From a virus: 64,000 nucleotides of DNA. Location: the IMG/VR virus record IMGVR_UViG_3300048597_000118, positions 1 through 64,000 of that record; one strand, given 5' to 3'. This document shows, one piece after another, positions 58,301-64,000 of the stretch. The stretch's first letter is position 1; each line of letters begins with the position of its first letter. A program made the position numbers and the translations under genes. The notes below the pieces were generated by a model. That model had not been told where the DNA came from. It did not search any database and worked only from the letters and a program-made list of their open reading frames with translations.

Positions 58301-61300
58301 AATGCCGCCCTACAGAAATCCGTCGGACTTCTACCTGACGACATACGAGACTATACTTCCGGCTTCACTGGGCAATATAACGACATCATCATGCAGATAT
58401 TTGCTGCCACTCCAGTAGGCATGCAGATTTATAAGGATGCTGTTAGCGCCGGTTATAGCGAATCTTACTCCAGACAAGTAGACGCTTATTCTCAACCACA
58501 CACCGAAAACTATAGCCACGGTCAGTCCTTGCACTCTAAACCAGTGGTAGGTATCACTCCAGAGAATATGGACCTATTCCGCTTAGTTTCCCCTATGTTA
58601 GGAGCTAACCCTGATGCTGTGGGCGGTAAAGTTGGTGGTTTAATCCTTAATCCTTATCCTTTAAGTCATGGAGAACAGTTAGGTAATAGCACCGGCGGAC
58701 AATATCTACGCACAGTAAGTAAGTCAGTAGGGCGTGCCCAGGTCCAACCATTTACACAACAAATAGGTGGCCTCACTAAGATTCAAGGCGGCGCCCCAGT
58801 CGTCTATAACATGCTTGGCGTGGCCAGCTCTATGCCCACACTCCAAGCTATAGACCGCCAAGGGTATAAGGAGAGGTCTGCCCAAGTCTTGTCAAAAATG
58901 GGACTCAAGGACGCGGAGGCAACTAACATAGTTAAGAGCTTAGAATCTCAAACCTTTGACCCTGTATTTGGTGGGAAAAGTAAAGAAGAAGACGAAGAAG
59001 CTAAAGAGTACGACCTGCTCTACTACTTCCCTTATGCCAAGACAGAGCAAATCATGCAACGGATGAAGAACCTACTCTCCACCCGTCCTATGTTTGACGC
59101 TTCTAGGGAATTCATAGACTACTCTTATTCTCTAGGGCTTTTAGGTCGTTATTCTAATTACCAAATGGAAGGGGGTGATAAGAAAGACTTCTTAACCTCT
59201 CCATCTGACCTGATCGGTGGTCGGCTCTTAGATAGCATGCCAATCCAACAATTTGAATCCATAGTAGCCAGAACTGAGGCTAAATACACAGACAAGCAAA
59301 GAGAAGCAGCAACTGAATATAAAAAGATACTTAGTGACCCAAAGGCTAGTCGTGAACAAAAGATAGCTGCCGGTCGAGCATTACAGGAAATAGACCAGCC
59401 TATAATGCTCCAACTGGCTAAAGACAATGCTATTGATGTCTATGCAGTTGGCAAAGGGTATATGGGTAGTGAGCGCCCACGACTTAATATCCTTGTGGCC
59501 GGAGCTACTCAATTAGCAGACTACGGGATATATAACACTAGTTACCGTAAAGACACCTATAAATATGGGATGAAGTTGTTAAAACCTCACCCAGTTCAAA
59601 CGAATATCACTTTGAGTGGGGGGCAGATAGGTCCGGCGTCTTTACAGAGCGCAGTTCAGAAATATCTACAACCTGGTACTGTCTTCATCGCTAGAGATAC
59701 CACCATACAACACACGCAAGTAATTCAAGCCTTTAATGAGCAACTTAAGGATGCTTTAGAGGTTTCAGTTAAAGAAGTAGGTGTCACTAAAGGTCTGGAG
59801 GCAGTGAAGTTTAGTGTAGACACCAGTAGTAGTCTTACTAGACAAAGCATTAGGCAGAGTATAGTAACGGCTTTAGGGAGCGCAAATATAGACAACACTG
59901 AGATAGATGCTATATACAAAGGTGCCGTAGCTAAACTAAGGGGCGAAAACCAAGGTATTCGTGTAATAACTGACTACAAGACCGGGCAAGTTGGGTATGT
60001 TTTGGGTCGTGGGGCTTACCAAAGCGGACGCCAAGTAGGGGAAGTATCTTCACTAAATACCACTAACGTCAAAATAGGGGATTTAGACCCTGGGGACGCC
60101 GCATTTAAGATGTGGGGTTTTATGTCTTATGACGGCGGACATGCTCAACCTCTACAAATTAGAGTGCCTGCTATTACTGGGGATGAACTTAACTCCATAA
60201 GTGTTTTAGGTGAGACTACCGTTATAGCTATGACAGGTAATACTGCCACTATAGATACCCAGTTCTACAACGTAGAAGATTTTATGAGTGGTATGCGGGC
60301 CGGCTCTATCATTCCTAAAGGACCTATGAAGGGCGGTAAGAGAGAGTTATTCGAAGCCGCTGTTGGTCTAATAGGTCAAGAGTCTATTAACTTACTTCCG
60401 TCTACGGTAAAAGGACCTGGCGAGACTAGTATCAAAGCCGAAGATGTTTACTCTATGATCAGCCCTTCTCAAGTCAAAGCCTTTAACTTTGAGATTGGTT
60501 TGATGATGCTTGCCGATAAACAAGAGAGTGGCATCTATAAACGTCTGACTGACGCTGATACGGGCGGCGTTAACGTGGCCATGGCGCTGTCTATGCTATT
60601 CCTTAACTCCAAAGCAGATGATATTGGAGGTAAAGATAATCTGGCTATGTTATATGACCGTCTCAGTAACACTTTATCTAGTGAGCAAAGAGATGGTAAA
60701 AGTGCTTATGGTAAGCAATATGCCGCCGCCCTACGGGCTAAAAAGTCTCTATTAAAGTTAGGGCAGACAGACTCAACTACAGCCTTTACTTCTTTTAGTA
60801 GTGCGCCAGGCTCTGCATCTTTAGCTATGTTCAGTGCTTTGGCGGGCTTTGGTAAATGGACTAGTGACTCTGAAAGTATAGAATCAGCACTTCTAAATCA
60901 AATCATTACAGCCTTAGGTACTGATAAGAAAGAGGCTGAAGCTGCTCAAAAGAGACTATCTGACGCAGCTAAAGGTCTGATGGACTATGCCTTTGCTGAA
61001 AAGTCTCGGGGTGGTGTCATTATAGAAGACTTTGAGACTAAGCCTTTAGGGCTATTGTCGTTCTTAACTAAAGCTAGTGCTGATATTTATAGAGACTTAG
61101 ATAAAGAACAGTTGAGGAAAACCCGCGCCTTGGGCGAAGTTATTCTCAGCAGCAAAAGCCTATTTACCTCGCCAGAGAGTCTAATAGTTGATGTTGATGG
61201 TTTAGATGAGACTTATAAAAAATCCAGGGATTCCGTTCTGGTAGCCCTGAGTAATCTATTCTCTGTAGGAGAATCTACTTCTCGTAGGAAGCAAATACAA

Positions 61301-64000
61301 GTAGAGATGCAGCGCCGTAAGGCTTACTTGTTAGCAGGAGAAATCCATAAGATATCAGGGGGTGATATAGATGCGGCACAGCGAATACTTAATCCGACCC
61401 TAAGCGTAGACGAATTCTTAACTAGAGCAGGTATAGCACAGCAACGTAGGATTCTACCTGAAGGTATGAAGCCCCGCACAGGGTTAGAATCCCGCTTTGC
61501 TACTGTAGACCTCTGGAGCTCCATGCAGAGTATGTATGCTAAATCAGGGTCGGAACCAAGTCTAAAACAGCTGGGTGTCAGAGAGTTTAATCCTTACTTA
61601 GAAGCCATCAATCAATTAGTAGGCAAAGGTCAAACTCAAAGGTCTGTCTTAGATGACCTTATTGCTTCTACAGGAAGTACCGCTACAGATTCTCAAAAGA
61701 CGTTGCGGTCTAATTTCGAAGACACCCTCCGCAAATTAGTTGTTCGACGTAGTGCTATGGGTCCACAACTCCTTGAAGTGCAGGAAAGATTGGAGAAACT
61801 GGGTATTACCGACTTTTCTGCTAATTCTGAATTTGGCAAGCTACTAGGTTCTTATCAAGAAGGAATAGTGGAGTCTATAGACACCTATGAGGTATCTAAG
61901 GTATCTACAGTAGACGCATTGATGGGCTTTTATAGTTCTACAGAAGCCTACGCCGGTTTAGCTGATGAGACTATACAGAAGGCTATGCTGACACAAGCTC
62001 AACGTATGGGATACTCTTTGCCTAGTCAAAAACTAATCAGAAGCATACTAGATAAAATCAGTAAGAGCACCCAAGATTCTGACATTACAGAAGGTGAGTA
62101 CCGGGCGTTAAAAGAAGTGGAGTTGGTGTTTGAAGGTATTACGGCGGCTATTCAGCAGGCCCGCACCATTACTCTACCAATGGAGACTAACTTCAGCAAA
62201 ATTAGCACGCCGGCGGGTAGTAAAGACTCTACGGCCCTAGAAGGTCATCTTAGTCGTTCTATGACTGAGCGGCAGCTAAAACAGTATACTTATGCGCTGG
62301 AAGAGTTTGCTGATTTAACCTCCGTACAAAACGCTCTGATGAGTCTTACTAAGGCTTACTACGGCTCTATACCAAACGCTAAACAGCGACAGTCTTTAAT
62401 CAGTATGGACTTGTCTAACATCAATTCTTGGCGTTGGAATGACTTAGAACGTAATAAACAGGGCAAATTGGTTAGGTCTCAAGGTGAGGCTAAAGGTCAA
62501 ACACAGGACGCTCACTCTAAACAGTTCCTATGGGATTACTTGGCTAATTACAACAGTCTTTATCGTAATGCACTACCTGGAGAAGACAGTGAAGTCGGCT
62601 TCTCTCGCATAAGCATAGACAATTTTATTAATACGGGTAGGGCTCAAACAGATGTTATGAGCACAATGGAGCGTATTAATATCATCGCCTACGGTCCAGC
62701 TGGTAAGTCTGATGACCCTGCTGAAGAATTACAACGCCGTGCCACTAATTCAGCCACGTTTACTTTTGATGAGCTCAGTGAAGGTATTTCACGTAAACGC
62801 ACTACGGATAAACTCGTTAAATTGGCTTCTTCTGGTTTAGACCAGTATCTAGCATATATAGACAGTACCGATTTACCTGAATCAGATAAAAAGGCAGTAA
62901 GTGAGATACTAGCTAAAGAAAGAGGGCTATATAAGTCTCAAATAAACTACTTTGTCGCAGAGAGTATTAAAGGGAAAAGGTCTAAAGATGAAATTCTTGG
63001 CGATGATATATTCAGACAAGGTATAGATGACGCAGAAGTGCAGCGTATTAAACCATTTATTCCTGGAGATAGAGGGATATTAGGTTACTTCAACTTCTTA
63101 GAAGAGTCACTAACGCCATTGAAGGAAAGCGAATCTAAGACTTGGCTGTCTACTGTTTTAAGTGGTGATTCTGCAAGAGCTAACGCCAAACTGCGTCAAG
63201 ACGAGATAGAACGACTGGCGGCGCCTGGTGGTAACATACACCAGAAAATACAACACGCCCAGGCACAAGACCAAGGCGCTGCGTATTTAGAAGGAATGAA
63301 AAGTATATATAAGACCCTTCAAGGTATGCCTACAGGCAGGAAGTCTGTTAGCACACGAGGCAGACGTATAAATGCACTAAAACGAAGCATTGAAAAAACA
63401 CAGTTTATATCGCTCTACTCCTATGAAATAGCTTCTACTGAAGGTGGGCTACTAAGACTACAGCACCGCACTAACATGCGCGGCGAGAAGTACAGTGAGA
63501 CCGGTTTAATCTTAGGGTTAGATGTCTTAGAGAAGATGTCTCTACTATTCCAAAACAGCAGTCACGAGGCCTTGGTAGCTCAACAGGATTTGGTGACTAA
63601 GTTAGCTGCTGCTAAAAACATCATTGACCGCGTAGAAACTGGTTTAGTTAAAGGTTATCTAGGCGAAGAGGTAGATGTTAAGGCCACTGGTGTCACTCAA
63701 GAAGAATGGCAGCAGTTACGCGACCTTCAACAGGCCATGATGGCGTCCAAAATAACCGCTGTCAGTATTTTGCAGAATGAGAACAGTATTAGACAAGCCA
63801 CTGGCAACCGTCTTAATATGATGGGCTCTTCTTTCATTGCCATGAATAGCTTCTTAGTAGGCGCTACTGAAGTGGCATTAGGGGCACGGTTTGATTCCGC
63901 TGCTGGTGTAACTACAGCCGGTGGGTATATGCGGTTTATGGCTAACGTAGCGCCGCGCACCAGAGATATGGATAAATACCTTTTGGTAGACCCAGACCAA
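55364..64000 (+). CDS. Giant (>2,879 aa, 3' end outside window) protein in the tape-measure position, with twin PLD motifs and putative two-barrel RNA polymerase motifs
   Basis: GTG at 55364 follows an in-frame TGA and reads MSDFTYTSDP. The frame is open to the window end. PLD motifs are VHAKLG..ISSQN and LHSKSM..LGSAN. Confidence 0.9.
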   Translation, partial: MSDFTYTSDPALQKLIELLKNQEIVQAVKEKLAASGPAMTATIFSRQLAQALNEVVSDKGLQAEYSITVELVDAYLKSENRERDVFPEQQAQWARLRSNVAGHSITADFVEDVHTKHLDPYKAIKDFSDKFKGNVETKGFASSIGARGLNVDQSSERTFTYYDDNARFQGNRLAESIDSDGRFSRQLKLTSDSYATPQGYISRPATQDYYNLFADKERSGMGFRGSIFQVQEAGFMSGITQRTGSTELVTQRLSSVQVISAAYDKEEEASSPMNLYGSNDVSIYASEVLAERHKRPLKMMGIEMPGGSVHAKLGYWYKEGTAGDVNDVQSFFISSQNLTHTLSRSNTVEDMLLINRPSDEAGLSTFNSVAKELKIAADALISVARDQAQNNTAITSLSDISASRSFFRRFTDNITAAAGTEVNKENRTIFANQEIKGQFSRMFKEAAESKSNKLIITQQYFEQSLIGREGDFGSTLLSDSDVGYLQSLASRGGIKIGVTGSSMGGDSQGLFSLLDKFEAAKPGKLTGSQLKRYNLLKTLISGQPGQESAFTLMPSQYLHSKSMAMFSGSGRLLEYALGSANFSEKALVPASRQEPSDEFGLKTTDNIEVAGFFRTKNNSLSLLSKADQQRIKDNYFYGIGRYQEGKESEEEIDDPNGRLINRYGRDLRHRYQGAQVQQKGSAKFVKSAIEMIEGMGGKEYSAEGSSDALFRYKKEYILDSQSDSGYRLVGLKLNIAQPISSGKDYSISLTIGSEFKSIQTGRGGGYKTVESPMVYINKTQRFMTGAVFKNATDTTFHFMRYNELDGKIGLAALKPQESYEANSLDVLGGFLTTMQTSMNYEAKVRGIAYTYEALGADIMKKSAERVIAEKVTALYLYSSAGETPTETQIRTVLDARRQGLGALLSLVQKSGRLGDVLQNTQYDFSGNITKSDIIPNNWGDSSAVRRERRVGLQNIFKDVIRDANSANTQDLAKKLVNNFNAALQKSVGLLPDDIRDYTSGFTGQYNDIIMQIFAATPVGMQIYKDAVSAGYSESYSRQVDAYSQPHTENYSHGQSLHSKPVVGITPENMDLFRLVSPMLGANPDAVGGKVGGLILNPYPLSHGEQLGNSTGGQYLRTVSKSVGRAQVQPFTQQIGGLTKIQGGAPVVYNMLGVASSMPTLQAIDRQGYKERSAQVLSKMGLKDAEATNIVKSLESQTFDPVFGGKSKEEDEEAKEYDLLYYFPYAKTEQIMQRMKNLLSTRPMFDASREFIDYSYSLGLLGRYSNYQMEGGDKKDFLTSPSDLIGGRLLDSMPIQQFESIVARTEAKYTDKQREAATEYKKILSDPKASREQKIAAGRALQEIDQPIMLQLAKDNAIDVYAVGKGYMGSERPRLNILVAGATQLADYGIYNTSYRKDTYKYGMKLLKPHPVQTNITLSGGQIGPASLQSAVQKYLQPGTVFIARDTTIQHTQVIQAFNEQLKDALEVSVKEVGVTKGLEAVKFSVDTSSSLTRQSIRQSIVTALGSANIDNTEIDAIYKGAVAKLRGENQGIRVITDYKTGQVGYVLGRGAYQSGRQVGEVSSLNTTNVKIGDLDPGDAAFKMWGFMSYDGGHAQPLQIRVPAITGDELNSISVLGETTVIAMTGNTATIDTQFYNVEDFMSGMRAGSIIPKGPMKGGKRELFEAAVGLIGQESINLLPSTVKGPGETSIKAEDVYSMISPSQVKAFNFEIGLMMLADKQESGIYKRLTDADTGGVNVAMALSMLFLNSKADDIGGKDNLAMLYDRLSNTLSSEQRDGKSAYGKQYAAALRAKKSLLKLGQTDSTTAFTSFSSAPGSASLAMFSALAGFGKWTSDSESIESALLNQIITALGTDKKEAEAAQKRLSDAAKGLMDYAFAEKSRGGVIIEDFETKPLGLLSFLTKASADIYRDLDKEQLRKTRALGEVILSSKSLFTSPESLIVDVDGLDETYKKSRDSVLVALSNLFSVGESTSRRKQIQVEMQRRKAYLLAGEIHKISGGDIDAAQRILNPTLSVDEFLTRAGIAQQRRILPEGMKPRTGLESRFATVDLWSSMQSMYAKSGSEPSLKQLGVREFNPYLEAINQLVGKGQTQRSVLDDLIASTGSTATDSQKTLRSNFEDTLRKLVVRRSAMGPQLLEVQERLEKLGITDFSANSEFGKLLGSYQEGIVESIDTYEVSKVSTVDALMGFYSSTEAYAGLADETIQKAMLTQAQRMGYSLPSQKLIRSILDKISKSTQDSDITEGEYRALKEVELVFEGITAAIQQARTITLPMETNFSKISTPAGSKDSTALEGHLSRSMTERQLKQYTYALEEFADLTSVQNALMSLTKAYYGSIPNAKQRQSLISMDLSNINSWRWNDLERNKQGKLVRSQGEAKGQTQDAHSKQFLWDYLANYNSLYRNALPGEDSEVGFSRISIDNFINTGRAQTDVMSTMERINIIAYGPAGKSDDPAEELQRRATNSATFTFDELSEGISRKRTTDKLVKLASSGLDQYLAYIDSTDLPESDKKAVSEILAKERGLYKSQINYFVAESIKGKRSKDEILGDDIFRQGIDDAEVQRIKPFIPGDRGILGYFNFLEESLTPLKESESKTWLSTVLSGDSARANAKLRQDEIERLAAPGGNIHQKIQHAQAQDQGAAYLEGMKSIYKTLQGMPTGRKSVSTRGRRINALKRSIEKTQFISLYSYEIASTEGGLLRLQHRTNMRGEKYSETGLILGLDVLEKMSLLFQNSSHEALVAQQDLVTKLAAAKNIIDRVETGLVKGYLGEEVDVKATGVTQEEWQQLRDLQQAMMASKITAVSILQNENSIRQATGNRLNMMGSSFIAMNSFLVGATEVALGARFDSAAGVTTAGGYMRFMANVAPRTRDMDKYLLVDPDQ

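Noticed and set aside
54654-63960. Short minus-strand ORFs in the track
   Set aside because: Antisense shadows of G/GT and the giant plus-strand ORF.

Overview
A 64-kb piece of a contractile-tailed (myovirus-like) phage genome. The host is probably a cyanobacterium, judged from the cyanobacterial-type IS200/IS605 ends and the AT-rich starts that lack Shine-Dalgarno sequences. The minus strand carries a near-complete morphogenesis operon: portal, Mu-like protease/scaffold, major capsid, decoration, neck, 1199-aa sheath, tube, split hub, spike, baseplate wedge, tail fibre, and a terminase large subunit with two inteins. Two giant ORFs run off the window ends and are therefore missing from the ORF track. 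The minus-strand ORF (>4,659 aa, start 13978) has degenerate PLD-like motifs, tape-measure-like hydrophobic helices, an EExxH motif, an intact protein-kinase-like domain and a glycine zipper. The plus-strand ORF (>2,879 aa, start 55364) lies directly after a lambda G/GT-type frameshifted chaperone pair, i.e. in the tape-measure position. It has two PLD HxK motifs and motifs resembling a two-barrel RNA polymerase. Two IS200/IS605 derivatives keep TnpB omegaRNA-like right ends but have no tnpB. In one of them a NUMOD4-HNH endonuclease occupies the tnpB slot. All assignments come from reading motifs by eye; no database searches were run.
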